Assembly (NCBI GenBank): GCA_012026655.1
Contig: JAAILG010001652.1
Coordinates: 1-63,587, forward strand
From: Hydrolagus affinis
Lineage: Eukaryota
Direction of reading: 5' to 3'
Length of the DNA: 63,587 nucleotides
A model generated the notes under the pieces. The model worked only from the letters and a program-made list of their open reading frames with translations. It did no database searches and was not told the DNA's origin. Position 1 is the stretch's first letter; each line of letters begins with the position of its first letter. Both the position numbers and the translations under genes were made by a program. Positions 34,943 through 48,120 of the stretch are shown in pieces.

Positions 34943-36054
34943 GTAGTTAAACAGTTGTTTAACATCTGGAAGCATCTAGCTAGCACGTAGAAAATATTGT
35001 TGGTTAAGTGGTCCATTGGTCTAATAAAATCCAAGCTGTCGATTTTAGTTGGGTTCAAGACCTAGACCCACTTGATCCTTCCAACCCTGTGGCACCTCTT
35101 TGGTTACAATGTTATGACAGCTTTAGCTGGTAATTATAAACAGACTGGTGTAACATAAGCTGCTTCAGGGGCAGACAGACTTCAAAACTGAATGAATATG
35201 GGGCAGTTCCTCCCCATACTATTGTAAACAAGTCCTGTGGCGCAGCTTCCCTGTTTGTGTTAACTGCAGCAATCAGCATTCAAAAGACACAATTACAAGG
35301 GTAGACACTGATAGTTTTGAGTCTTGCTTTTACACAGCTAATAGTTACTGTGAAAGCATTCAGACAGGGCTGCTTTCGTAAGATTGTAGTAGACTGTTTG
35401 TCAAAACATTAAAGACTACAAAGGATGCTTTCAAACATCCTCCAACCTTCTCATAAATACTGTAATAATCAGAGTTGGTACAGAGAAGTAAAACTCTTCA
35501 AAGCAAAACATTGCATGGAAGTGCACTTTTTATTAATGCAAGTCACATACTTGCCGATCGGGACTAGGGGACATGACTTCAAATTCCACCTTACTCTTTT
35601 GCACAGGTCTGTCCAATTTTAAGACAATATTCGATTAGTGAATCTCATTGATGTTGGAACAAGTGAAATCAGTGAGGAGGGTATTTGAATTGACTGGGTG
35701 AAAGGTACCAAAGCATAAATAATGGTTTTGCGCTATTTGGTGAAAGATAAGACAGAGATAGGTAGGTGAAGAAAAGCAGTGTTGGTTAGGTACAAAATGT
35801 GAGGATTGAACCAAAAGCTGTGGTTATACTGTTTCACTGTGTTTGTAAGAGTGAGGTCTTGGAGATTGAGGTCAGAGCAGGAAGTGAGAAGATGTTGGTG
35901 AGGAGTTGGCTAAGGATAGAGAAACAGCGAAGCCCACAAAATAGGGGAGGTGGATCAGATAGGATTGGAACAAGGAGAGTAAGGTTCCCACAGAGATTGA
36001 TAAGAGATGAAAGATAATCGAGGAGGATGGAGTTGCCAAGAGTTCAATTGCATC

Positions 36055-36115
36055 AACAACAACAACAACAAAATTCCATTTAAAGAGCGCCTTTCCTGTC
36101 GGGAGGTCATCCCAG
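36055..36115 (-). mobile_element. Minimal L2 3' tail
   Basis: (AAC)n AAAATTCCATTTAAAGAGCGCCTTTCCTGTCGGGAGGTCATCCCAG. Confidence 0.8.
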
Positions 36116-36194
36116 AGAAGTTAAGGAGGCAAAGTAGCCCTGGTTGCACAGAGAAATATCATCACTGCTGGCATAGCTGAAACTTGTTTCTCTT

Positions 36195-36598
36195 TGTGGC
36201 CTTGCCCCCGTCTATCTTTCCGACCTGCTGTCTCCCTATCAGCCTGCTTGTCCCCTCCGTTCAGTGGGCTCTGGCCTGCTCCATGTCCCCCGCCTGAACC
36301 ACCCTACCATCGATGGCCGGGCTTTCAGCCTCTGCCCCCACACTCTGGAACTCCATCCCGCAATGCCTTCGCTTCGCTTCCTTCCTTTCCTCCTTCAAGG
36401 CCAGTCTCAAGACCTTCCTCTTCGACCGTGCCTCCTGCTGCTCTCCTAACTCTCCCCCATTTTCTACTTTCCTTCCCCCTGCCCCTATCCTGACCCTTGC
36501 CCCCCCTGCTCGGGTCCCGACCTGACTATTCAGCATCTTGAGATGTCCTCCTGATGCGAAAGGCGCTCTATAAATGTAATTTTGTTGTTGTTGTTGTT
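36195..36598 (+). mobile_element. L2 LINE 3' fragment, CpG-retaining
   Basis: SGLLHVPRLNHPTIDGRAFS..APTLWNSIPQCL..SSFKASLKTFLFD; (GTT)n tail. Confidence 0.93.
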
Positions 36599-37647
36599 CT
36601 GGAATAGTGTCATGAACATCTACCTAAACAGACAGATCAGACCTTGGTTTAAACTCTTATCGAATGGATGGCACCTCTGACAATGCAATGCTCCCCAGCA
36701 TAGACTGTGAGATGTAGGGATGCTCTACTGCTCTGCTAACACTACTGAATTGCATCCCATTCATACAGGAAATCTGTCACATATCAAGGTGTGTGTATGT
36801 GAGATTAGATTAATTTTGGTCATAGGCTATAAAGTCACATCAACTTGTACTTGTATAGTAAGTCTCAGATTGCTTTAGAAAGCCCAACCTGATCTGGGAG
36901 GGGGAGGGAGATGGGGATGGGCAATGTGGCAAAAGGTAGAATCTTGAAGAGGTCTATAAGATACTAAAATGGGGTGGATAAACAGAGCAACATTTAGAGG
37001 TAAGTCAAAGCAGAACAAAAGAGGGCACGGGTTCAGTTTGTGTACACAATTTTAAGGCACATACCAGAAAGTATTTCAATACATAGAGCAGCTGGAATGG
37101 GATACCGGGAAGAGTGTTTAAAGACCAGGACACTGGATTCATTTCAGACACAGCATGGTGGGGGTAATAGGAAGAAAGATGGCCAATCTGAAGAATGAGA
37201 TAAAACGGAGCATTCTTCATCTCTTGAACTTGTGATTAGGAGATCTCTGGGATGTTAGACTGATGTTACAACCACTTTCTGTTTAGATCTGTACTTTGGA
37301 AGACAGTGAAGAATGACATTGCGGCAGAATCACAGTGCAATAGGATTTTGCTGCATTGTGACTTGCGTGTGTCTTTCAGGAAATGCTGCTGTGCTGTCAA
37401 TCAGAATTTCATTTGTCCTCTTTTTCATTGTTAAACATGTGAGAGCGGTGTGTTAGGAATAAAACCAGAAGGTCAAAAAAACTATCAGATGGAAGTGAAA
37501 GTATTCCCTTGTGTGACACGTTCTCAGGGGTGAACGTATCAAATGATGACACAACCTGCATTTTATTTTGCATTTATACTTTAACAGTGTGTTCCATAAA
37601 ACTAATGAAGAGCACATAAAGGAAATTAAGTCAAAATCCCACTTACT

Positions 37648-37857
37648 TATAATATAATAATCCTTGCATTCGATATAGCGCTTTTCACATCTTCTAGATG
37701 TCTCAAGGCGCTTCATAGATTATACTGTAAAGTGAATTGACTGTTATACTTTTGGGTGAAAAGTGGTAGCCAATTGCGCACAACATTGTCCCACAACTAG
37801 TTGTGGATTGAAATGACCAATTTTATTATTTTTTTTGGAGAGACTATTGTTAGGCAT
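37648..37857 (-). mobile_element. tRNA-SINE 3' two-thirds
   Basis: Shared tail and body as 32309-32476. Confidence 0.9.
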
Positions 37858-38199
37858 TAATGTTAGGATCCATTACACAATATGTAAATAGAGATGTATC
37901 ACATTCTATGGATAAAGGAAATTACAAATTCTCCTATTTATGTAATTAACCAACGTAAAGGATTTCCTTACTAACCATCGCACTCCCTCTGCTTGGCAGG
38001 CACTGGTCTTTCCATTTCCCCTACCCTGTCCAGCAATAATATCATTAAAATGCACTTCTCTAACAGTTGAGAGATGGTTAGTCCATGTGATAATTATCAC
38101 AGCACATGTTGCAATTGTCATTCCAGTGTGAATTCAACAACAAATATTGTGGTTGTTTTGGGGGGCGGGGGTGGGGTTGGAATACAATACAAATTGACT

Positions 38200-38690
38200 G
38201 ATGGTGGTTAGGCACATGAGCTGGAGATAGGAGCTGAAGGTAGTGGGGAGAAAAACGATGACTGAAAGTGCGATCAAGGAGGTACATTTTGAGTCAGAAT
38301 GTGACCATGGAAGGGAGCCGAGTCTGAGATACTCTGCGATGCAGTTCCAGAAAGGGGGTTAGAATGGTTGAAAACCTGTCCTCATGGTGCAGTGGGAAGG
38401 GTGGTAGTTGTGAAGCAGGCCAGTGCTCACTGAGTGAAAGGAGTAGCAGGGTAGTAGGGTTGAAGGAGGTTGCAAATGTAGGGTGGAATGTGGAGGGATT
38501 TAAACATAAGAGTGAGGATTTCAAACTCAATCCACTGGGGGATGGGACCCAGTGGAACTAAGCTAGGGTAAAGGGTGATGGACTTGTGGAGCCTGGTGTG
38601 GGACAGGTCATGGGCAGTAGAGTTTTAAATAGTCTGCAGCCTGTATAGGAATGAGCTGGGTAGTCCAGTGAGCAGGGTAATGGCATAGTG
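38200..38690 (-). mobile_element. L2 LINE 3' fragment, decayed
   Basis: Remnants of RLFKTLL / FHWVP..FEILTLMFK; similar to 46195-46740. Confidence 0.7.
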
Positions 38691-39214
38691 AGCTCCATTG
38701 ATGACTGAGAACAGAAATGATCACCATATAGAAGCAGTGATTTCCCATTTTCTGTCAATGCTGTCAAGATGAAAAGTGAAGGAATTGTACTTTCTCACTG
38801 GCAGGAAGTCAGCTACTGTCCATTGAGTAAGAACCCATCCAGTCCATGTGAATCTGGAGAGGAGCAGTGAGGTCACAATAAATATGGCTTAGCTGACAAA
38901 GCAAAATAGGAAAAAGTACTTGCCAAAAGCTGTTGGGTTTAGCTGCAAATATGTGAGTGAAAAATCCATTGCCAGACATAAAGACAGCCATTGTCCTACT
39001 CTGTATAGAAAGGGATAAAACATCATCAAGGGAATACAGAGTTGATCAACTCTTAGTTAATCAATGGTAGGACTCGCTTAAATATCTTGAAGCAATTTAA
39101 TTAACTAATTGTCACAATAACTGCAGCAATATTGAGACCTCACTTACATGATGATGAAGATCTACAACCCTCTCAAAGGTGGTTTGCTCTTGCATAAATG
39201 TTACATCCTAGCAG

Positions 39215-39512
39215 TGTGACTCAGTTGGTAGCACTCTCTGTTTCTGGAGTCTGTGGAACTCATTTAGTTTAAGCTAACACTCTAATATAGTGCTGCATTG
39301 TATAAGGTGTGACCCTTTGGATAAGATGTTGAACCGAGCTTCTGTTCAAGTGGATGTTGAAGATCCATCCCATGGCACTATCCAAAATGAAAGGAAGTTT
39401 CTCCTGGTTTACTGGCCAACAATCTTCCAAATAAATTTTGTTATTGAATTCATAGCTATTTGTTGGACATGACGGCTGCCGCATTCACCCACAAAACACA
39501 CAGTCATTACAC
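39215..39512 (+). mobile_element. Deu-domain SINE
   Basis: GACTCAGTTGGTAGCACTCT head; CAAGTGGATGTTGAAGATCC..CATGGCACTAT core. Confidence 0.8.
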
Positions 39513-40540
39513 TGGGATTATGCTGATATTGGGGGAGAGTAGGGGTAAACAATCTTTGCAGATTTTATCACAGTACTTTTCCAAATTGTAAATGGGTTTA
39601 GTCCCAGACATCAAACTGTGGCCCACATGAGGACAAGAGTAGTTGCTCTTCAAAGCCTTCCTCTATGAAATGAGGCATCACTGGATTGTGCCTGTCTCCC
39701 TGTGGTAACGAAATGGCTGTGCGGTCTTTCAAACAGCTGTTAAAAGTACTTCAATCTCAGTTCAGGAACGTGCTACTTGACATTGCTGTATGGGGTTGAG
39801 ACTGTGCAGGCCGAAGAATCTATGCTGGTTTTAACTGTAGGGACCAAAGTGCATTTTATATTACTCACTTTATATTAAAACAGAAACACTCACTAAATCT
39901 GACATTTGAAATAAGGAGCACTTTGGTATTCGCATTTAATGATGTTGAACAGTCAATCACGTGAATGACATAAAGGTCAGTTCAAAGTTTCTGGGCCGTC
40001 TTGTGGGTGAATCAAGGGAAAGTAGCTCTGTTCAGTTGGTATGTGCCTCAGATTATACCACAGCAATTGAGAATGACCGTGAGACCATTTCCTCCAGATT
40101 AAGTGATGGATGTGGCTCCAGCACCATCATGCTGCCTGGAGCGTGTTTGTTATTTCCCGTATGTCAGCAAATCACTGTCAAAATCACCATCATTTGGCAC
40201 CAAATCTGTTCTGTAAATCATCATTTAAAACCTGACAACCTTTCCCACAGGCAGTTTTATAATTGTGAAGAACATTCCATGGTAAGCACACCACTTGCCC
40301 TGAAAGCCCTTTGTGGGTTTCTATGTAAGAATGGTCAGAGGAAAGACCATTTGTCTCACCAAGCCTAACCCTTGTGCAGTCCATGTGCAATTAGTACATC
40401 ATGAACACACTACCATAGTTAATTTTCTTTGATAATCACTTGATAAATTCTACCTCTCTAATAACCTTTCTCATGGGACCAGTCTTTTGAGATAAATCCT
40501 CAAACCAGCCAGTATGAGTACTCTGATGTGAATTTGGAAC

Positions 40541-40680
40541 ATTGCTGTGTGCATTTGGCTGCCGCATTTCGCCCACAAATATACAGTCAATTCATTTTAC
40601 AGTATATTCTGTGAAGCGCTTTAAGATGTCTAGAAGAAGTGAAAAATGCTATATCAAATACAAGGATGATTATCATTATT
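40541..40680 (+). mobile_element. tRNA-SINE 3' half
   Basis: TTGGCTGCCGCATTTCGCCCACAAATATACAGTCAATTCA..CTGTGAAGCGC. Confidence 0.9.
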
Positions 40681-41540
40681 AACATAACCCATTTAAGTGC
40701 ACCATTGGCACTTTTAATGCTTCCACATGCTCTGCACTGACCAATGTCGTCTACAATTGCTGCACCTCACATTTGTGAAAAGAGAGGTGAATACTGTAGT
40801 TATTAAAAAAAAACATCAATCTTGTGACTACCAACTGAACTTTTCAATGTGTCTGTAAGTTTATCCTAGAATTGTGGTACATCCAAGTCAAGTGCACTGT
40901 TTCCAATAGTTGTATCTTCAAACTGGAGAAGATGGCATTGTGTTGACTCTCATGTCTCTGTACAAACACACGAACAGGGGGAACTGCCTCCATCAGCAAC
41001 TTAAATGGAAGCAGAAAATGTGTGTTTCTGGTTTGGTTCCAGATGGAGCTACAAGAGGAAATTACATGATATGAAGGAGCCATTGCAACTGCTGAGAAAA
41101 CTGAGAGAAAACTGATCTGTTGTGATTTCTTCTGTTATTTTCTTGGTTTTCCAGGGAGTATGAGGCTGGACTTCCTAACAGTGAGATCAGGAAAGTCTTT
41201 AATCATGGATTTTGTGCTACTCTGCAGGCACTGACTGAAAATTAATTATCATAGTAACATTTTAAAGCTAAAACTCTTTTTGTAGCTGCGATTCAAAATC
41301 TCAGCTCTCGCTAAAAGTAGAAAGGAAGACAGCCAAATTGCTTAAGGGTGAAAACATGTTCACAGAGTCAGGAGCTTTCAATCACAACCCTATCGTTAAA
41401 GACAGTTTACAGTCAATAGTGTTGCTTATTTATCCCCAGTGATAATTAAGGTACAGAATATATAAAGGAGTAATGCAGTTCTGACTATTGCTTGCAAGGA
41501 AGATCCGAAAGCTGGACCTCAAAGTGTTCTGTTATTTAGA

Positions 41541-41630
41541 CTGGCCAGAATATTGTATACTGTATTGGATATTGTATACTGTCTGGATTAGATACACACT
41601 GGCTAGAATAGATGTAGGCTGTCTAAAATA
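41541..41630. repeat. Degenerate ~19-20 bp tandem repeat
   Basis: ATATTGTATACTGT twice exactly, flanked by related CTGG..AGAATA units. Confidence 0.55.
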
Positions 41631-41949
41631 ATAATAATAACCATAATTATCTTTGATACAGCGCCTTTCACTTCAGGAGGACATCTTAAAGTGCTTCACA
41701 AGATACAGTGTAAAGTGTAGTCACTGTTTTGTTGGAAAACACTCTCAATAGACTTATGTATATATTTATAGAGAGAGAGAGTGAGAGGGCGAATATATTA
41801 TGCGAGTGGATATAGACAGGCCAGCGATGGTGAAACAGAATGCTACAATATAAAAACAAAGATGTGACAATTCTATGTGCTAACTGATACAGACCTCCTA
41901 TTTTTCACTTGTTCCCTCCTTTGCAACATCACTGGCCATGCCTTTAGAC

Positions 41950-42176
41950 ACTTGAATCTGAAACTCTTGAACTCTCTCCCTCAGCCCCTCTACCTTGCCC
42001 CCTCCCACCCCATCTTCAACTAATCCCGCCTAAAGACCTTCCTTTTTGATCGTGCTTATGGACACCTACTCTCTCTCTCTCTCTCTGCTTGGCTTGTTGT
42101 CAGGTTCTGCACATAACAAGTGTTCTGGGAAGCTACCTGGTGTGAAGTGTCTTATATAAATAAGTTGTTGTTGTTG
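41950..42176 (+). mobile_element. L2 LINE 3' fragment with (CT)n
   Basis: CTAAAGACCTTCCTTTTTGATCGTGC (LKTFLFDRA) and (GTT)n tail. Confidence 0.75.
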
Positions 42177-42479
42177 TACTGCAGGTGTCATATGAATTAA
42201 TGGCACAATAATTGTAATGCCAGATGATTTCAAGAACTATCTGATGTCATCTGTAGTGTGAGACAGGCATTGGAGTCACTGTATTTGTCAGTTGATGAGC
42301 CAGTAACTCCGATTTTCATATATGTCAGGAGTAGCCAACAGGAACTCATCAATCATGAGGAACACCAGACGACAGTCATAGCAGATCGAGCAGTAGTTGG
42401 TTTTATGCATGTTGCCTTACATGGACCCTCCAGAATACGACAGCCAAAAGGGTTTTATTTGCTTATACACATGATAATC

Positions 42480-42740
42480 CACCTTGGTTCTATATACCCT
42501 GAGGCATTTTCTTTTTCCATCTCTGCTGCACTGCTCCTTCTTCAATTTGTCTGCCCCCAAATTCTCTTCGCAACCTTTGAAAGTGCTTTTGATTAACACT
42601 CTCAAGGTTTTCTTTTGCCCCCCCTTCTTGGTGATTCCCCATCGTCTTTGTAAAGCCATTTGAGACCTTCATTCTGGATGCTATATAGATGTATTGTGTC
42701 GCTGTTGATCTTCAAACCTCGGGCCCTCTTGGATAGATGG
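42480..42740 (-). mobile_element. Possible RTE LINE 3' ORF remnant
   Basis: GNHQEGGAKENLESVNQK..QQRWKK loosely follows RTE GKRKRGRPKETWRR..DR..W. Confidence 0.3.
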
Positions 42741-44037
42741 TCATTAGGTGCTCTGGGTTATGCAGTTTCCTCTTGGCTGCTGACCTCTCTGAGGCACCTG
42801 CAACAAAGAAATGATTGCTGTTCAATAGGTGATGAGTAGGACAGGGTTTTGCAGCAATTTGGGCATTGTAAACCAAAGGTACCTTGAGGCCTAGTCTGCA
42901 TTCTGTAGTGCAGTATAGTTATTTTAGTATTGTTATTGTCGCTACATGACAAAAATTGCAACGTAACCATTTTGTGTTGCATTTTATATAATATAATATA
43001 AATACCGAATGAGTACACAAATAATCTTGTCTTCCTCACTACATATAACCTCTCTGCTATCTTTGTTCCCTGTGTTGCTCCTGTGAGCTGAGCCATGACT
43101 GATCTGTGGATGCAAGATGCCCCTACTCACTGTATAATACTGTAGCTTTCAATTTTAGAGGGGGAGGAGAGGTTTTTATTCCAATGATTCTGGTTCCAGT
43201 GACTCATTAGAGAGGGTACCAGAATTTACCTCAGATGGACAGAAATAAGAATTGAGATAATATATATTTACATATGCTAATGATAGTATGAAGTGCCACT
43301 AATAATTTTGTCCTTAAAACATTTCTTTGCTTTGGTACTTGAGGGCTTTCAGATTTTTATTTAAAGATCAATGGATTATCCTAGCAGCATTCTGTTCACT
43401 GTTGCAGTTCCAATATCAGTCACAATCTGTGCAGATTTTCTTATTATTAGATAGGTGATAGTCTGCTTACAAATAGGCATCTGTCACCCATCCTTGATGC
43501 CATCAAATTAAACATGGACTTCGCTTTTGAAGTTCAAGGAAACGATCAGTGCAGTGTAATCCAACATGGGAAATGGTACAAGAGTGGCCTTTAATAAAGT
43601 AATGAATAAAGCTAGAGCTGCCAAATAAAGTACACACTGTTACTTGACTCTGCATGACAACTATATTATGTTGCTGAGATCTCTTTCACTGCTGCAGATC
43701 TGACTCACAGCCATTTCAAAGCTTCAGTTCCCCATTCATCCTGTAAATCCAGATCTGTATGGGGGCACAGGTGCAATGATATGATAAAAGTAAAAATTAT
43801 ATTTGATATAGCACCTATGGCATCAATAGCCTCAAAACACTTCACAAAGTTGCTGTAAAGCTAATATTTTTAAGCAAACATTATTTTAGCTTCATTGCCA
43901 TGGAAAAATTGCAATTATTGTATAAACCATTTGTAAACAGAGGGAAATGTGGGTGGCTTTAATTAGATAACCGATGATTACAGAATCAACTGCCACTGTA
44001 CAGATGTTTACACAGAGTTTACATAAACTACAGAATG

Positions 44038-44215
44038 CACATGATTGACGGTAGAATTCCCCGGGTCACTACTGGGGTGCACTCATATGCACACTGCTGG
44101 AGGGATGTCATTGAAGTGGTAGTTGAAAAATGACACATCACGGTGTGCTCATTGCACCTAACACAAGTCCTTAGTGACAACACAAGTGCAATGTGGAGAA
44201 CCATGTTGTGAATCG
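44038..44215 (+). mobile_element. Possible RTE LINE 3' ORF remnant
   Basis: Reads HMIDGRIPRV..CWRDVIEV..SAMWRTM, resembling RTE C-terminal M.DGRIPK..RWRDVI..AWR. Confidence 0.45.
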
Positions 44216-44714
44216 GCAACAATTTGCCTTTGGGTGTTGACTGTGTGCAAAACTGTCTCAAATCTGTTTACTTATACCTGAAGGCGTGTAAGATGTGTAC
44301 TGAGGAGAGGAACTTCCCATTTACCAATAGATACCAGAATCCCAAGACTTTGTTTTTGTAACAATGAGAGTTGTCATATAACAATAATAATCCTTGCATT
44401 ATCCTTATTAAACTGTAAATAATTTTATACTAATTCTTGCATTTGCTATAGCATTGTTGAGACATTTCAAAGTGCTTCAAATGACTTGAGCATGAAGTGT
44501 AGTGACTGGATATGTGTTGGCATGTATTTCCTTTTATGAAAGGAATGTAAATGTAGAGTTTGGTTAAAAAGAAGATCAAAATTGGAGCATTGACATTATC
44601 ACTGATGATAATATCATATTTACCAAAAATGTGGTCAAAAGCAGTCAGTACTGATCACTTGCTTTGCATACGTATCTAATTGTCTACAATCAGGCAAGTT
44701 AGGGCTCCTCAGTC

Positions 44715-44950
44715 TCGAAAAGAGACACATCAAGGGAGACATTTTAGCGTTTTTTAAGAGTTAATGTAGGTTTGAAAAAATAAACTCAGAACAACACTTT
44801 CGGATGCACTGAGACCTCAGAACAAAGAAGGCACAGATTTACAGATGCAAAGGACAATTTGAGGACAGACATCATCAAGTATTTATTTACTGAAATGGTA
44901 ATTAACAATTGGGACATGTTACCAGGAACAGTGGATGAGGCAGGATTCTG
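44715..44950 (+). mobile_element. CR1 LINE 3' ORF fragment, decayed
   Basis: FRTDIIKYLFTEMVINNWDMLPGTVDEA matches CR1 C-terminus. Confidence 0.7.
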
Positions 44951-46194
44951 GGCAGCATGGAGCAGGTCCTAATCAAGTACATGTTTGTGGATTACTCTAA
45001 TCAGGAGTTCACCTTTCTGCTCCAAGTAACTGAAATACATTTTTCCATCAGTTCCTTTCAAGTGGCATAACCTCCATTTTAAAAGCACAATAGGAAATCA
45101 TTTTAAAGCCAAAAATAAGTCAATATACACCAGTTAAGAGCATGATGCTTCAGTGGAAAATACTTCTGTTCTGTAACATGGAATATGTAACTCTTTGATC
45201 ATATGTTAGAAAAAAAAGCATTAACATATTCCAACGCAACTCTGTGTGCAACTCTAGGTCATTAATTGATAATCTGTTTTGGAGACTAACTGGTGAAAGG
45301 TCACGAGAGATCATTGGTTGATCATTGCTGGAGCTGAATCAAACTCAACTTCTGAGCAATGTGAGTTTGCACTTAACAGGTCTCAAGTGCATTTGTGAAT
45401 GAACCAGCCAAATGTGTGTATCAGTAAACTATAAAACTGGTTTATTTAAAATGAGCAAATTTAAGGCTCTCAGGCTTCAGAAATTCACATTTGTACATCT
45501 ATCTACATCTTTCAATGCTCTTCCTTTGACTTACTGTCAATCAGTTGCCCAACTAAATACTACTTTTGGAAGACTATTAACTGGATCAGATTCTAAGGTA
45601 CCTTTGTACAAAGTACTTTGTTGCATTTTGATGTGATAGGCGATAAAATGCAAGTTGTTTCTTTCTTGGGTTGAAAAAGCTCCTTTTGGAAAGATACAAG
45701 ACGAGAAAGAGCGACAAATTGTCCAGGGTCTCATCAAGTTTACTGGTGGGAGGATCCTCCCATTCCACCTTCCATGGTATAGTCATGAACATATCTATTC
45801 TGGTAGTTGCTATTTAGGCACATGTGGCAGAGTAACCATAGGGGAAGGAAATCTCCAGGATGACACAACCTATCGAGGTTGGTTAAATAGTCAGATTTCA
45901 TTCAAGAATACTCTGAGAAACAAAATCCCAACTAAGTAAGGCAGCTGGCTGATGCAGTACAAGTTATTTTGCCAGCATTGTGATGGGTTGCAGAAATGAA
46001 GGTGGAGGTGAAAATCATGGCTTTCCTTCAGGAGGTGTGGGACTGCAAAGCTCAGGAAATCTCTTATGGACATATACCTTTTACATTTTTGTGTTGTGGG
46101 TTTTTATGTGGCAGGAGTTGCTGGAAATAAACCAGGTCACAAACTGTGCACAGTAGCTTTCTCAACCGTAACAATAAGAATGACAGTAAGAAAG

Positions 46195-46740
46195 TTGCAC
46201 TATATTTGTATTTAATATAGTGCCCTATCATGTCATCAAAATGTCTCAAAGTGTTCCTCAGTCCAAAGGCTGAAGGCCTGACTGCCCTTGGTGGGCCAGG
46301 TGGAGAATGTGAAGCAAATCAGAGTCTGCTGAGTGGAGAGAAAGGTCAGACTGATAAAGAATTAGGAAGTCACAGAGGTAACGATGTGCAAAGCCACAGA
46401 GGGCTTTGAAAGCGAGGACAAGGATTTTGAACTCTTATCATCTGGGGATGGGGCGTTAGTGGAGCCGGGCGAGGGTGGGGTTGATGGAGTCATGGGGGCT
46501 GATATAGGAGTGGACAGGAACTGCAGAGTTCTAAATAATCTGCAGTCTGTGGAGGGACGGGTTGGGAACACCAACAAGCAGGGAGTTGGGCCTGGATATG
46601 ATGGTTGAGGGTGACAGCAGCCTGAGGAGTGAGGCAGTAGTGGAATCAGGTAATGTTAGGGAAAGGCACAATGGTCATGGCACAGATGTGGAATTTGAAG
46701 GACTTTGAAAGTCAAATAAAACGCCAAGATTCCATACTGG
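46195..46740 (-). mobile_element. L2 LINE 3' fragment
   Basis: PTRPSTDCRLFRTL..APMTPSTPPSPGSTNAP frameshifted L2 motif; similar to 22287-22741. Confidence 0.75.
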
Positions 46741-47859
46741 CTCAGTGAGTTGTGGATGGTGATGGTGATGCTTTCAGTGTCAACATAGCAGCCAATAAGG
46801 TCCCAGAACAGCCATGATATGAATGACCGATTCTGTCTGGAACCTTAGGCTAGGTGACATTTTAGTATATCTGGCTCATTTTCCTTCTGTAACCAGAAGT
46901 TTCTCCTTAGCAAATCAGAGCGTGAAATTTTGGAAAATTCTTAAATTCACTTTTAACTTTGCAGCTGGTTTTCATGGATTGTCTTATGAACAAAATTCAG
47001 ATGTAACCCAACGTCTCTGAGACCTATTTTACCTACTCGCCAGATGGTGACATAACTGAGTCTAACAACCTCAGAACAGATGAGTGATTAAACCTGGGAC
47101 ATTCCTGATCTGGAAAGCTGAGTTTTGCATGTGGCAAATCAGTTGAGCAGCTGAGCTTTAGGGAAAGGAGTTCTGACGTTCTTAGCAATAAAATGTTCCA
47201 CTTATTTACTGAATACTTGATCCACAAGGCTTTGGATTGTTTCATTTTGTTTTCAATCGCAGGAATATTCAGAACAACGGTACCCACAGATCCGGGTTTT
47301 ATTACAAACATCGATTAAGCAACTGGTTCGGAGGTGCTACCATTTGGGCAGATTCCTGCAAACTGCTTACACGTGGCTCTGACCCTAATTTGTGCCAGGT
47401 TTTCTATTCCCATGAGTCCAAATACCAGCCTCCTTGAATCTGGTGCAAAGCCGATCTGGAAAAAATGAATCGCCTCCTTCTTTTTAATGTTTGTGGCTTT
47501 GGGCTATCAAACCGTGAGAACTAAACAAGATTACAGTCCTTGTTCACTGCTTCAGCTCTCTCTTGGAACTCGTTCGAGTGCATTTAGGAGTCGGGGAGGA
47601 ATCTCCCAGGCTAAGAAAGATGACGATCAGACATTATACAGGATTCTGCTTCCCTGGGAAAAACTCACCATCGCTGTTTCTTCATTTATCTGCAAAGTGT
47701 ATGGACTGTAATGGACATCTTAGTATTTGCTGGACCTGAAATTGATGGCTGTGAGAGATTATAGTGGGATTTGTTAGGATGTTATTTGACTGACAGATTA
47801 TTCTGGATTCATTTTCCATCAGGGATCACTGAATAGTATCTTGGAGAAAAACTCACATG

Positions 47860-48120
47860 AGGCAGCATCTTGGAGCCCTTAACAATGCCAGGGCCTGATG
47901 ACAAGCCAGGGCAGAGGGAGGAGATGACCATAAACATGGTCGAAGAGGAAGGTCTTTAGTCATGATCTAAAAGAGGGGAAGGAGGTGGCTGGCGGAGGGT
48001 TTGAGAGAAAGAGTTCCAAACCTTCAGGGGCTGATAGCTAAAAGCCTGGTCGCCGATGGATGAGTAGAGGGGATGAGGGACAAGTAAGATGCTAGAGCCA
48101 GGCAAGTGGAGGCAGCAAGT
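47860..48120 (-). mobile_element. L2 LINE 3' fragment
   Basis: ACCATAAACATGGTCGAAGAGGAAGGTCTTTAG, similar to 5714-6010. Confidence 0.75.

Noticed and set aside
39961-40368. 135-aa ORF
   Set aside because: GTG start, no recognisable domain or splice support.
45655-45939. 94-aa protein-looking ORF
   Set aside because: No recognisable family; length expected by chance.
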